Positions 46,815 through 56,372 of a stretch of 64,000 bases of DNA are shown in pieces. Each line of letters begins with the position of its first letter. Within the stretch, counting starts at the first letter, position 1. Below the pieces are notes generated by a model. That model saw only the letters and a list, made by a program, of their open reading frames with translations. It was not told the DNA's origin and made no database searches. Made by a program: the position numbers and the translations under genes. The stretch is from Candidatus Hecatella orcuttiae (GTDB taxonomy: Archaea > Thermoproteota > Bathyarchaeia > Hecatellales > Hecatellaceae), in assembly GCA_002011035.2 (NCBI GenBank), contig MTLY02000001.1, positions 448,001 to 512,000 on the forward strand, given 5' to 3'.

Positions 46815-48893
46815 ATGGGAAAGGTATTAAAAGCTGGATTAGGCCTCCTCGTCGCCTTGATGATTTTCGGAGCCATAGGGGTCTTCCTCACACCTGAACC
46901 CACTCCGACCCCCATGCCCACCCCAGCTCCTGCGTTCACCCCTACACCAACCCCTACACCCCTACCAGAGGCGGCTGCCACGCCCACCCCGACGCCTACA
47001 CCTACGCCTTCACCTTCTCCACCTGAGGAGGCCTTCAGCTACGCCGTCTATTTCACACCCGACAGCCAAGTTGACGATTACCTTGTGTCGTTGATCGAGG
47101 GAGCTCAAAGCTCAGTTTACGCAGCCTTCTACGACCTCGACCTAGTCAACGTGGGGGAGGCGCTTCTGGAGGCTGAAAAGAGGGGGGTCGACGTTAAGGT
47201 TGTAACCGACACCGACAACATGGCTAACCCTGAAATCGCTGAACTGGTTACTTCAGGCTTAGTGCGAGGAGACGACGACCCTGACTTCATGCACAACAAA
47301 TTCATGGTAGTTGACGGAAGGCTTGTGTGGACGGGTTCGATGAACCCCACGTTCAACGGCGTCCACAAAAACAACAACAACGTGGTGGTCATCTCAGGCC
47401 TGCCTCAGCTTGCCGAAAACTACGTGGACGAATTCACCGAGTTATGGAGCGGAGTCTTTGGAGGAGGTTCACCGGTTTTATACCCGGAGATAACTGTCTC
47501 AGACGAATTCATCATCGAAGTCTACTTTGCACCTGAAGACGATGTGGAAAATCAGATCATCGAAGAGCTGCAGAAGGCCGAGGAAAGCATCTATTTTGCA
47601 GTCTTCACCTTCACCAGCAAACCCATAGGAAACGTCCTTCTAGAGAAACATAAGGAAGGCGTAACCGTCCAAGGCATATACGAAAGTTTTCAAGCTGGAC
47701 AATACAGCACCTACTCGATGCTCAGGGAAGCAGGAGTGCCGGTGGTCAAGGACCGGAACCCTGCGGTGATGCACCACAAATTTTTTGTAATCGACAACCG
47801 AACCGTCATCACCGGGTCCTTCAACCCCACCAAACATGCTAACCGAGACAACGACGAGAACATTCTGATCCTGCACAACTCGGCTGTGGCCAGCCTTTTC
47901 GCCTTGGAATTTAAGCAGATGTGGACTGAATGGTACACTCCACCAAGCCCAGAGCTAGAGCCCAGTCCCAGCCGGGAACTTGTCGAATACGTCCTTACTC
48001 TCATCAACCGAGATAGAAGCGACCACGGGCTTCCCCCCGTGAAGCTGGGAACCAACCTCGCTGCCCAAGCACATGCCGAGGACATGCTGGAAAACCTGTA
48101 CTTCTCCCACTGGGATATGAACGGAACCAAACCCTATGTGAGGTACACGCAACACGGCGGGTTGGGGTTTGTTTCCCAGAACATAGCCTTCTCGGGTTTC
48201 CTCTACGAGGAGCCCTTAGCCGCGCCCTTGGATGTCAGGGAAACCTTGGAGGAGCTGGAATACGGCATGATGTACGAGGATGCGGAATGGAACTGGGGAC
48301 ACAGGGACAACATACTGGGCCGGTGGCATACCCACGTAAACATCGGAATAGCCTACGACAGAACCCATGTGTTTCTGGTTCAAGACTTCGAAGACAACCA
48401 CATCGTATGGACTCAGCCTCCCAGCTACGACGACGGAATCCTTTCGCTTGAAGGCACAACCCTGCTGGGGGAAGTGTACGTAATAGCCCTTTACTACGAC
48501 CCTCCCCCGAGGCCTTTAACCCGGGAGCAACTGGCGGAGCCGCCGTACAGTGGAGGATACGGGCTGGGCGAGGAGGTTGGCTACATCCTTGAAAGCTCCT
48601 ACTCCGTGGAGGGCTCAGCCTACGTTCACGCCTCCCAATGGGTGGTGGAAGACGGCTTCTTCGACATCGTCGCAGACATTAAACCGCTGATGACTCGGGG
48701 AGAAGGCTTCTACACTGTTGTAGTTTGGGCTGAAGTGGAAGATGAGTACATCCCTTTAACCTGCTATTCGATACTCGTCGAATCCGCCGACACAGCCTCC
48801 ACCCCGGCATCCAATATCAGCTTAACGATGAGGATGAAGCTAAACCTAGCCGAGATCAGCTTGACAGAGGATGGACTATCAACCGCATCTTAG
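46815..48893 (+). CDS. Membrane-anchored phospholipase D-family protein fused to a CAP domain
   Basis: N-terminal TM, PT linker; HNKFMVVD..TGSMN and HHKFFVID..TGSFN; LINRDR..AQAHAEDM..FSHW..GHRDNIL. Confidence 0.82.
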   Translation: MGKVLKAGLGLLVALMIFGAIGVFLTPEPTPTPMPTPAPAFTPTPTPTPLPEAAATPTPTPTPTPSPSPPEEAFSYAVYFTPDSQVDDYLVSLIEGAQSSVYAAFYDLDLVNVGEALLEAEKRGVDVKVVTDTDNMANPEIAELVTSGLVRGDDDPDFMHNKFMVVDGRLVWTGSMNPTFNGVHKNNNNVVVISGLPQLAENYVDEFTELWSGVFGGGSPVLYPEITVSDEFIIEVYFAPEDDVENQIIEELQKAEESIYFAVFTFTSKPIGNVLLEKHKEGVTVQGIYESFQAGQYSTYSMLREAGVPVVKDRNPAVMHHKFFVIDNRTVITGSFNPTKHANRDNDENILILHNSAVASLFALEFKQMWTEWYTPPSPELEPSPSRELVEYVLTLINRDRSDHGLPPVKLGTNLAAQAHAEDMLENLYFSHWDMNGTKPYVRYTQHGGLGFVSQNIAFSGFLYEEPLAAPLDVRETLEELEYGMMYEDAEWNWGHRDNILGRWHTHVNIGIAYDRTHVFLVQDFEDNHIVWTQPPSYDDGILSLEGTTLLGEVYVIALYYDPPPRPLTREQLAEPPYSGGYGLGEEVGYILESSYSVEGSAYVHASQWVVEDGFFDIVADIKPLMTRGEGFYTVVVWAEVEDEYIPLTCYSILVESADTASTPASNISLTMRMKLNLAEISLTEDGLSTAS
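46890..47023 (+). repeat. Pro-Thr-rich linker coding repeat
   Basis: [26 protein letters not shown]...[15 protein letters not shown]. Confidence 0.8.
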
Positions 48894-48934
48894 GCGTGCA
48901 GTCGCCCTTAGAGATGGTTTAGCGGCTTAATTTT

Positions 48935-49135
48935 TTATTCGGCATTCGTTTTTCTTCTCGAGATAACCAACCCGATAACCACTATCACCATGAACGTCAA
49001 GCCGATGGCCATTAAGATGATCTGCTGCGTAATTATTCCGGCGATCAATGCTCCGCCGCTCAAGACACTCAGTGACACCAGTATGCAACAGGCTGCTAAG
49101 ACCAAGGCGGTGAGAAAAGGGGCTTTTCTGCCCAT
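48935..49135 (-). CDS. Small two-helix membrane protein
   Basis: Hydrophobic 66 aa with AACC vicinal Cys; 5 nt downstream of the MerT-HMA gene. Confidence 0.55.
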   Translation of the reverse strand: MGRKAPFLTALVLAACCILVSLSVLSGGALIAGIITQQIILMAIGLTFMVIVVIGLVISRRKTNAE

Positions 49136-49140
49136 TCATT

Positions 49141-49833
49141 TTAGTCTTCTATCGGTTTATCGGCTAGGATTTTAGCATTGTAACCCAAGGATTCGATTAC
49201 ATGGACTATTTCTTCTCCAGATATTTCTGCGGGATCATAGATTACAGTGCCCTCCTCTTTCGATAAGCTGATTTTCACTTCTATAACACCGTCTTTTTGG
49301 TTTAGAGTATACCAAATGACGTAGCCGCAGCTCGGACAATACATTCCGCCTATTTTCAAAGAGAGCTGGTGGAGGCCCCTCGGATTCACTTCCCCTGAAG
49401 TAGAGGTGGGAGAAGCCGCCGGGGAGAACATGCCGTAGACGATGGGTGCAAAGGTAGGAGTGATGACGTAGACAGATAGCCCGTAGACTGTTAGCATCAC
49501 GATTATAGCGGTGGCGATGAAATATTTTTCCCTCCGAAGTCCCTCCTTAGTAAAGAGGTTAATTTTACAGGCTTTGCTCTTCCTTTTCAGATGTATCAGG
49601 ATGGCTGAAACCATGAAAGCCGCACTTAACCCCAAAAAGAAAGGACTGTATTGGGATAAACTCAGCGCAAAGGGGAGCGAGGCAAACCCCATCAAGACTA
49701 TGAAGAGAGGGCCGATGCAGCACAGGGAAGCTATCAAACCAGAGGCGATGCCCAAGCCTATGGGCTTCTTTCTCCCAGTTGACGGGGGATCTGGCAAGTT
49801 TAGGGTGCGTTTTGTTTGAGAATTTTCTCTCAT
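49141..49833 (-). CDS. MerT/MerF-like membrane domain fused to heavy-metal-associated domain
   Basis: ASLCCIGPL, three TM segments, GMYCPSC HMA motif. Confidence 0.8.
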   Translation of the reverse strand: MRENSQTKRTLNLPDPPSTGRKKPIGLGIASGLIASLCCIGPLFIVLMGFASLPFALSLSQYSPFFLGLSAAFMVSAILIHLKRKSKACKINLFTKEGLRREKYFIATAIIVMLTVYGLSVYVITPTFAPIVYGMFSPAASPTSTSGEVNPRGLHQLSLKIGGMYCPSCGYVIWYTLNQKDGVIEVKISLSKEEGTVIYDPAEISGEEIVHVIESLGYNAKILADKPIED

Positions 49834-50141
49834 TCCTTCAACACCTTACACTTCACCAAATGCTCGTAGTATTTTTCGATGTGTTTATCGATAATTTCCA
49901 TGAGGGGCAAGATTGTGTTTCTGTTTAAAGAATAAACCCTCTTTCTGCCATTCCGACCTGCTTCCACAAAGCCGCAGTTTAACAGGCATTTTAAATTATG
50001 GGACACCCTGCTCTGCTCTAAGTTCAATTCCTCGCATATCTCAGAAACGCATCTTGGTTTGGCTCTGAGGAGGTGAACAATCTCCAGCCGGGTGTCATTG
50101 GATAAGGCTTTTACAAAATATTTGTATGATAATTTTGACAT
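49830..50141 (-). CDS. ArsR/SmtB-family repressor
   Basis: KALSNDTRLEI, CVSEICEEL.LEQSRVSHNLKCL..CGFV, GRKRVYSL. Confidence 0.92.
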   Translation of the reverse strand: MSKLSYKYFVKALSNDTRLEIVHLLRAKPRCVSEICEELNLEQSRVSHNLKCLLNCGFVEAGRNGRKRVYSLNRNTILPLMEIIDKHIEKYYEHLVKCKVLKE

Positions 50142-50158
50142 ATGATAAAATTATCATA
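50141..50158. promoter_or_regulatory. Putative ArsR operator TATGATAA-AA-TTATCATA
   Basis: Perfect 8-bp inverted repeat abutting the ArsR start; weaker copy at 50125-50142; TTTAATAA ~25 nt upstream. Confidence 0.7.
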
Positions 50159-50318
50159 CATCATTATTAAACCTTGCCGCCAAAACCTTACTTAACTACC
50201 TTCAAAACAGAGCGAGACTTTCAACTCCCCTCTTCAAGCTCAGCCTGGAGTTTCTTGCCTTCAAAGGTAGCGGAAGACTAATTTAAGGGGGAGAATAGCA
50301 ATTTTGAACATGTAGGAG

Positions 50319-51215
50319 TTGGAGAGGATGCTCATCGTTTCAGGGCCTTCTTCTCGGAGTCTGGGAGAAAGGATTGCCCAGCTACTGGGAGTAAGAAATG
50401 TGGAGGTGGAGTCTAAGGTCTTTCCTGACGGTGAAAGCTACGTGGGGCTGAGGAATGATGTGAAAGGAGAGAAAGTCGCCGTCATCCAGTCTACCTATCC
50501 CCCTCAAGACACCCATCTGATGCAGCTGTATTTCCTACTCCAAGCCGTGGGAAGACTGGGGGCGGAGGAGGTCACGGCTGTAACCCCCTACCTAGCATAC
50601 GCTCGACAGGATAAGGCCTTCAAACCCTACGAAGCCGTAAGCATAAAGGCGGTTATCCGTTGCTTAGAAGCCCTAGGCATTCGCCGTCTCATCACAGTGG
50701 ACGTTCACGAGCCTAGCATCTTCGAGGACGCTGCCTTCGCTTTCCAAAACCTCTCTGCCGCCAAAGCCTTGGCAGAGTATTTCCTCAAGTTAAACCTAGG
50801 GGAGCTGTGGGCCTTCGCCCCGGACGTGAAAGCCACTAAGATGGCGGGAGAAGCAGGGGTCATCTTCAGGACACCCCACGGTTGGTTTCGGAAGGAGAGA
50901 GACAGAGATACAGGGGAAATCGCCCTAAAAAGTATCGGAGGCATCGAGGTGAAGGGGAAAACCCTCATCCTCTTCGACGATATCATCAGCAGCGGAGGCA
51001 CCACGGCGGCGGCAGCGAAAAGGCTGAAGGCCTTGGGGGCTGAAAAAGTCTACGCCGCCTGCACTCACCCCCTTCTCATGGGAGAAGCCTTAAGGAAAGT
51101 CCTCCAAAGCGGAATTGAAGAGCTGGTAGGCACGGACACCGTTCCCAGCCCTGTGAGCAAGGTTTCCGTAGCGCCTCTCATCGCCCAAGCCTTGAAGAGT
51201 GAACCTGAAACCTAA
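50319..51215 (+). CDS. prs: Ribose-phosphate pyrophosphokinase
   Basis: FPDGESYV, PYLAYARQD, TVDVH, DDIISSGGT, GTDT. Confidence 0.95.
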   Translation: MERMLIVSGPSSRSLGERIAQLLGVRNVEVESKVFPDGESYVGLRNDVKGEKVAVIQSTYPPQDTHLMQLYFLLQAVGRLGAEEVTAVTPYLAYARQDKAFKPYEAVSIKAVIRCLEALGIRRLITVDVHEPSIFEDAAFAFQNLSAAKALAEYFLKLNLGELWAFAPDVKATKMAGEAGVIFRTPHGWFRKERDRDTGEIALKSIGGIEVKGKTLILFDDIISSGGTTAAAAKRLKALGAEKVYAACTHPLLMGEALRKVLQSGIEELVGTDTVPSPVSKVSVAPLIAQALKSEPET

Positions 51216-51475
51216 ATGAAAAAGGCTGGCAGGTCCTGAGCGTCGTCGATGAGGTAGACTAGGCCTGCTGTAAAGAAAAATTGGCCGTAGTTTTTCTCCA
51301 GCCGGATGAAGCCGACGAAAACCAGAAACAGGCCGTACATCCAATGGTGAAGAGGGCGGTAAAACTCCGGGGGGATAAGGGGGGAAAGCTGGAAATACCA
51401 GAAAGCTAAACTGATGACAGCGAAAGAAAAACCTAGCAGAATCGACAACAACGCCTTAGTCTTCACCTTATCCAA
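51212..51475 (-). CDS. Small membrane protein
   Basis: Three hydrophobic segments, LHHWMYG and LIDD. Confidence 0.6.
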   Translation of the reverse strand: MDKVKTKALLSILLGFSFAVISLAFWYFQLSPLIPPEFYRPLHHWMYGLFLVFVGFIRLEKNYGQFFFTAGLVYLIDDAQDLPAFFI

Positions 51476-51558
51476 GGCCTCTACCAGCCCAAGTGCAAGT
51501 TAATTTTTAAAGCTTCCAATAGTATATTTTCCTTCCATAAAAGGATACTCGTGAGCCT

Positions 51559-52596
51559 TTGACCGTCTTTTTCATGCTTGTCTCGGGGGAACACCGTCAC
51601 CTACCCAAAGCTGAAGTAGGAGCCATTCTCGAAGCTGAAGGGCTTCCCTTCCGGATGCTGGAGGATTCCAACCGCCTCCTGAGGCTGGAGGCACCTCCGC
51701 CCGCCGGCTTGGCGGTGTCCAAAAGATCTGCCTTCTGCCGCCTCTGCGGGGTTGAGCTTCTCCACTGCAAAGCCTCCTTGGGGGATATACTTTCCTCCCT
51801 CCAAGCTTTAGGGTCGGAAATAGGCCTTAACTCCGGGGAGAGCTTCGCTGTGCGGGTGTGGAGAACAGGGGACAGTCAAAGCCCTCTTACTGGGTTTGAA
51901 GTGGAAAAAGCTGTAGGCCGGGTTCTCCTAACCATGGAAAGAGACTTGCGGGTAGATTTAAGGAGGCCTAGGAAGCTTTTTGTGGGAATTCTCTCAGGCA
52001 GAAGTTTCACCTTCGGGCTGAGTGTGGACGGAGAGGGGAGAAAATATTTCTCAAGTCGGACCCCCAGAAGGAAGCCTTTTTTCCACCCTTCTTCCCTTCA
52101 ACCTAAAATAGCCCGATGTATGGTTAACCTTTCTAGGGCTGCGGGAGGGAAGATCCTCTACGATCCCTTCTGCGGAACAGGCTCCATCCTCATCGAGGCG
52201 GGTTTGATGGGTTTGGAAGCCTTAGGAGGGGACTTGCGGAAAAAAATGGTGAAGGGAACCAAAGTAAACCTGCAACACTACGGAGTGGAAAACGTCCATC
52301 TAACTCTAGCTAACGCCTTAGCCCCGCCCATACGCCAAGTGGACGCTGTCTCCACCGACCCACCCTACGGCCGAGCAGCCACCACAGCCGGGGTTCCCAT
52401 TCCTGTTCTCTACCGAAAGTTTCTGGAGGAAATAGGCCTGATTTTGAAGCCGCAGGGCTACATGTGCATCGCCGCCCCCAGCACCCTCCCCTTGGAAGAG
52501 ACGGCGGAAGAATACGGCTTCAAAACTGTGGGGAGATATTCCATCTATGTTCACAGAAGCTTAACCAGAGAGATATACGTCTTAAGGAGGATGTAA
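51559..52596 (+). CDS. trm11: tRNA (guanine10-N2)-methyltransferase (THUMP + MTase)
   Basis: SGEH..LPKAE, PFFHPSSL.PKIARCMVNL, DPFCGTGS, TDPPYG, VHRSLTR. Confidence 0.88.
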   Translation: MTVFFMLVSGEHRHLPKAEVGAILEAEGLPFRMLEDSNRLLRLEAPPPAGLAVSKRSAFCRLCGVELLHCKASLGDILSSLQALGSEIGLNSGESFAVRVWRTGDSQSPLTGFEVEKAVGRVLLTMERDLRVDLRRPRKLFVGILSGRSFTFGLSVDGEGRKYFSSRTPRRKPFFHPSSLQPKIARCMVNLSRAAGGKILYDPFCGTGSILIEAGLMGLEALGGDLRKKMVKGTKVNLQHYGVENVHLTLANALAPPIRQVDAVSTDPPYGRAATTAGVPIPVLYRKFLEEIGLILKPQGYMCIAAPSTLPLEETAEEYGFKTVGRYSIYVHRSLTREIYVLRRM

Positions 52597-52602
52597 ACAG
52601 CT

Positions 52603-53502
52603 TTGCTGCTGACATTTCTGGGCACCAGCGCCGGGCTTCCCTCCTTGGACAGAGGCCTGCCCAGCTTGGTTTTAAAATACGGACGGGAAATCCTGATGTT
52701 TGACTGCGGAGAGGGAACCCAACGCCAGATGATGCGGGCTAGGATAGGCTTCTCCCGGCCTATGAAAATCTTTGTAACCCACCTCCACGGCGACCACATG
52801 CTGGGGATCCCGGGTCTCCTCCAAACCATGTCCCTTCTAGGGAGGACTGAAAAAATTCAAGTCTACGGCCCTAAGGGTTTAGCCGATTTTCTGGAAGCCG
52901 CCCGAACTCATGTGAAATTTCTGCTCAGGTTTCCTTTGGAAGTCTTCGAAGTGGAGGAAGGCCTCATCTGCAGGGAAAAAGCCTACAAGGTAACAGCTCG
53001 GTGGACTGAACATCAGATCCCCACTCTAGCCTACGCTTTCGAAGAAAAAGAGAAACCCGGTAAATTCCACCCGGAAAAAGCTCTCAGCCTCGGAGTGCCC
53101 AAAGGCCCCCTCTGGCATCGGCTCCAACACGGCAGAAGGGTTCGGCTGAAGGACGGTCGAACGGTGGAGCCCAGCCAAGTTGTCGGACCTCCTAGAAGAG
53201 GGGTGAAAATCGTTTACTCAGGAGACGGTAAGCCTTGCCCCAACGTCCTGAAGCTGGCTAGGAACGCAGACCTCCTAGTCCACGAATGCACCTTCGACGA
53301 CAGCCTCAAAGATAAGGCTGAAGCAGAATGGCACAGCACGGCAGGCCAGGCGGCAGTGCTGGCTTCGAAGGCTAGGGCTAAAAGGCTGATTCTAACCCAC
53401 ATCAGCACCAGATACAGGGATTCCAAGTTGCTCCTAGAACAGGCCCGAAAAGAATTCTCCCACGTGAAGGTTGCTGAAGATTTCATGCAAATCGAGCTTT
53501 AA
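52603..53502 (+). CDS. rnz: Ribonuclease Z
   Basis: FLGTSAGLP, FDCGEGTQ, THLHGDH, exosite GVPKGP, HECTF, HST, LTHIS.RY. Confidence 0.96.
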   Translation: MLLTFLGTSAGLPSLDRGLPSLVLKYGREILMFDCGEGTQRQMMRARIGFSRPMKIFVTHLHGDHMLGIPGLLQTMSLLGRTEKIQVYGPKGLADFLEAARTHVKFLLRFPLEVFEVEEGLICREKAYKVTARWTEHQIPTLAYAFEEKEKPGKFHPEKALSLGVPKGPLWHRLQHGRRVRLKDGRTVEPSQVVGPPRRGVKIVYSGDGKPCPNVLKLARNADLLVHECTFDDSLKDKAEAEWHSTAGQAAVLASKARAKRLILTHISTRYRDSKLLLEQARKEFSHVKVAEDFMQIEL

Positions 53503-53541
53503 CTTATTGGGGCTTTCTAGCTGCAGGTGGCTGTTAAACGC

Positions 53542-54054
53542 TCACTCCACGAAGTGGGTGGGTACGTTCTTCATTATTTGGAGGAGGACGTTAACGGTGG
53601 TCAGCGACTTGGCTGTGAACGCAGGATTCTTATACATCTGCATGAGAGGTCTAACCTTAACTTGACGTCGGACAAAGGCGGAGGCAGGGGTCATCTCCCC
53701 CAAGAAGATCTTTTTGGTCGTTGCATAACTGCTGATGACGGTGAAGTTAGGCTTCCTCCCTTCCGGCAGTCCTGTTCCCACCGAGAAATGTGTTACCGTT
53801 CCACCGTTAAGCTCAATATAAATGAAAACTCTACCACTCCTGTATTGCTCCCTTAAAGCCGCCGGAAGATCCTCGATCACGTAGGCTACCGCGAGGCTGA
53901 ACTCCGCTGCCAACGACCTAACACTTTCATCGGTGGACTTGGCATGCTCGATGGCAGCCACCACCTTTCGTATCCACTCTTCGGAAAGAAAGGTGTATTC
54001 AACTTGGTTTAGAACCGTTCCTTTCTGCTGTGGTGACAGGATGGGTTTGTTCAG
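53542..54054 (-). CDS. SCP2 lipid-binding domain protein
   Basis: YTFLSEEWI upstream of track start 53964; FLGEMTPASAFVRRQVKV; in-frame CTG 54054 behind GGGGG. Confidence 0.65.
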   Translation of the reverse strand: MNKPILSPQQKGTVLNQVEYTFLSEEWIRKVVAAIEHAKSTDESVRSLAAEFSLAVAYVIEDLPAALREQYRSGRVFIYIELNGGTVTHFSVGTGLPEGRKPNFTVISSYATTKKIFLGEMTPASAFVRRQVKVRPLMQMYKNPAFTAKSLTTVNVLLQIMKNVPTHFVE

Positions 54055-54072
54055 AGAGATCCCCCGGAAATA

Positions 54073-54087
54073 TATAACAGTGTTATA
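54073..54087. promoter_or_regulatory. Palindrome TATAACA-G-TGTTATA in divergent promoter
   Basis: Perfect 7-bp inverted repeat between SCP2 and hemerythrin genes, beside TTTATATA. Confidence 0.45.
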
Positions 54088-54139
54088 AGTTTATATATTA
54101 CTTTTTTATAAAGTTTATGGAAACAGGGGAAAATGGAAA

Positions 54140-54634
54140 ATGCCCAGAATAGACCCTATAGCGGAGGTTAAGGAAGACCACGGTAAGGTCCGGGACCTTT
54201 TACTGGACATCATGAGCGCCATCAAGCGACGGGATGTGACAAAGGCTTTCGAGCTTCTGCTCATCTTGGATAAGCTGGGAGGGCCTCACTTCCGTTTTGA
54301 GGAAGAAGTCATGTATCCTGCCATGAAAAGGTTCTACGGCGAAGACTACTACCTCCGGCTACTGGAGGAACATGACCGGGTGATAAGGGCTGCTAAGCAG
54401 TTGGCCGAAACCTTGGGGAAAGGCTCCATAACCGAAGAAGAGTCGGAGAGGCTCATAAAACTGATCCAAAATGAGATACTGCCTCATCCCATCACGTGCA
54501 GCGGACTGGAAATCCTGATGGAAAAACTCAGCCCCGAAGAGCTGGAAAAGATAGCGGAAAGCATCGAAGCTGGCAGGGAAGCTGAAGTCCCCCTCCTAGA
54601 GTGGGCAGACACCATCAGGGCTAGGAAGGCCTAG
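54140..54634 (+). CDS. Hemerythrin-like domain protein
   Basis: EDHGKV, HFRFEEEVMYP, EEHDRV. Confidence 0.75.
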   Translation: MPRIDPIAEVKEDHGKVRDLLLDIMSAIKRRDVTKAFELLLILDKLGGPHFRFEEEVMYPAMKRFYGEDYYLRLLEEHDRVIRAAKQLAETLGKGSITEEESERLIKLIQNEILPHPITCSGLEILMEKLSPEELEKIAESIEAGREAEVPLLEWADTIRARKA

Positions 54635-54639
54635 ACACG

Positions 54640-55056
54640 GTGAGCAGCGGTAGGGAAAAAGTCGCCCTCATCGTAAACAGCGCCTCCTACGACAGGGTCA
54701 GCTACGCTCTGACGATAGCGGTAATGTCGGCGGCTCTCGGCCGGGAAGTGCTGGTGCTCTTCACCTACGGGGCGCTTAGAAGGTTGAAGAAGGGAAGCAC
54801 CGATGAAGTTGGGGGGGAAACCGAAGTAACTGTCCGTGAAACCGTCAAGCAAGGGTTGCAGAAAGGTAGCTTGCAAAAGATCTCCGCTCTGCTGAAAGAT
54901 TTGAAGCGTTTTGGGGGAAAAGTCTACGCTTGCGTCTCAGCCATGGCTTTCCACAACCTTACCCGAGAAGAGTTGATCGAAGAAGTCGACCAAGTGTCGG
55001 GGATAGCAGCTTTTCTAGAAGCGGCGAAAGACGCTTCCATAATGCTCTACGTATAA
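54640..55056 (+). CDS. DsrE/DsrF-like sulfur-relay protein
   Basis: LFTYGAL, KVYACVSAM, VSGIAAFLE. Confidence 0.8.
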   Translation: MSSGREKVALIVNSASYDRVSYALTIAVMSAALGREVLVLFTYGALRRLKKGSTDEVGGETEVTVRETVKQGLQKGSLQKISALLKDLKRFGGKVYACVSAMAFHNLTREELIEEVDQVSGIAAFLEAAKDASIMLYV

Positions 55057-55152
55057 CCTTGAACCCCAGCCTTCTTTTTCTCTTCTGGTTTAAATCTCGA
55101 ATGGCCCTCCGTTGAGCCAGCTGACCGTTACCGGTGGATGAGATAGAAAAGA

Positions 55153-55938
55153 TTAGGGTTTGGATGCTTCCTTTAACTTTAGGAAGCTTCCGTAAGGGTT
55201 AAAGATGGACTCAACCATGAAGTAACCGTTGAAACCGAAGGCTTGAAACTTTTTAACCGTCGGAAGCCAGGAAGTCGTCCCAGCTCCCAGCTCTAGGTGA
55301 GCATCTCGGTCACCTCGGTTGTCGTGGAGGTGGACATGGGATATTCGCTTCTGAAACCTTCGGATGAAAAGCTCCGTTTGGCCTACAATGTTGGAGTGGC
55401 CTATGTCTAAGGCAAATCCTAGGCTGGAGCTTTCCATGCTAGAGAAAAACTCCTGAAAATCCTCCACCCTTGCCAAGACCGCCGGAATGTTCTGAGGCAT
55501 ATTCTCTATGGCATGAGGGAGGCTGAGACTTTCAGCCAGCTTGGAGATTCGTTCCACGGATTTCAAGTTAACTTCCCAAGCTAGGTTTGGGTAGAAGGAG
55601 TCCAAGGCTCCGCGGAAGCCCGGATGGAATATAAACATCTTAGCCTCCAAGAGTGCAGCTTTAGCAGCGGACTTTTCCACCGCTTTTAAAGAAATATCCA
55701 AAAGAGCCGGATTCAGGGATGCGATGTTCAGGTCGCAGAAGGGAGCGTGCACACAGTATTCGAATCCGTAGGATGCCGCCAGCTCTTTAAGTCTTCTAAC
55801 AATTTTTTCATCCAACTTCATCTTGTCTTCGTCGACTATTTCCCAGCCTTTGCAGACTTGGCCGTATTTCTCCATGACGGAAAAACATTTTTCATAGGGT
55901 TTTCCCGAAAGAAACAGAGTGGAGAGGCCTATCTTCAA
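55153..55938 (-). CDS. Sugar phosphate isomerase/epimerase (AP endonuclease 2 TIM barrel)
   Basis: VHAPFCDLNIAS, FHPG, IENMP, LDIGH, HVHLHDN.G.RDAHL. Confidence 0.85.
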   Translation of the reverse strand: MKIGLSTLFLSGKPYEKCFSVMEKYGQVCKGWEIVDEDKMKLDEKIVRRLKELAASYGFEYCVHAPFCDLNIASLNPALLDISLKAVEKSAAKAALLEAKMFIFHPGFRGALDSFYPNLAWEVNLKSVERISKLAESLSLPHAIENMPQNIPAVLARVEDFQEFFSSMESSSLGFALDIGHSNIVGQTELFIRRFQKRISHVHLHDNRGDRDAHLELGAGTTSWLPTVKKFQAFGFNGYFMVESIFNPYGSFLKLKEASKP

Positions 55939-55961
55939 TTCATCACCCCTCGGCGCTCATC

Positions 55962-56372
55962 CTAACTTGTCTCTTCAGACGCTCCCCCCGTCAGCCACCG
56001 GATGACCTCTTCAGGCTCCCCGCATTCTATCTCCACTTCTATAGGGCCTAGGGGAGATTCACCCAACGGCTCGCAGAAGGACAAACGTCCTGCGTAAGCC
56101 GCCTGCTTGTTCAAGTAAAAAACGACCCTGCCGTTCAGCTTTCCCTCTCTCATGATCCTCCTCGCAGCGTCTCTGATTCTCTCCTGTTTGAGAATGTTCC
56201 GAAATTTGAGAAGAGCTTCTGCCTCACGTGATTCGAAAACTAGGGTCTCCCCGTCCTTTTCTTGGGGCACCCTCAAGCTTAGGTGGGTGAAGATGTTCTC
56301 CACAGCCCTTTTCACTTTGCTTAAATCTTCCGTAGGATGAACTCTAACCCGGCCTTTAAGGAGAATTTCCAG
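55962..56372 (-). CDS. UPF0201 predicted RNA-binding protein
   Basis: VHPTEDLSKVKRAVENIF, RIRDAAR, LNKQAAYAG, SPLGPI; HPTED lies upstream of track start, requiring CTG 56372. Confidence 0.8.
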   Translation of the reverse strand: MEILLKGRVRVHPTEDLSKVKRAVENIFTHLSLRVPQEKDGETLVFESREAEALLKFRNILKQERIRDAARRIMREGKLNGRVVFYLNKQAAYAGRLSFCEPLGESPLGPIEVEIECGEPEEVIRWLTGGASEETS

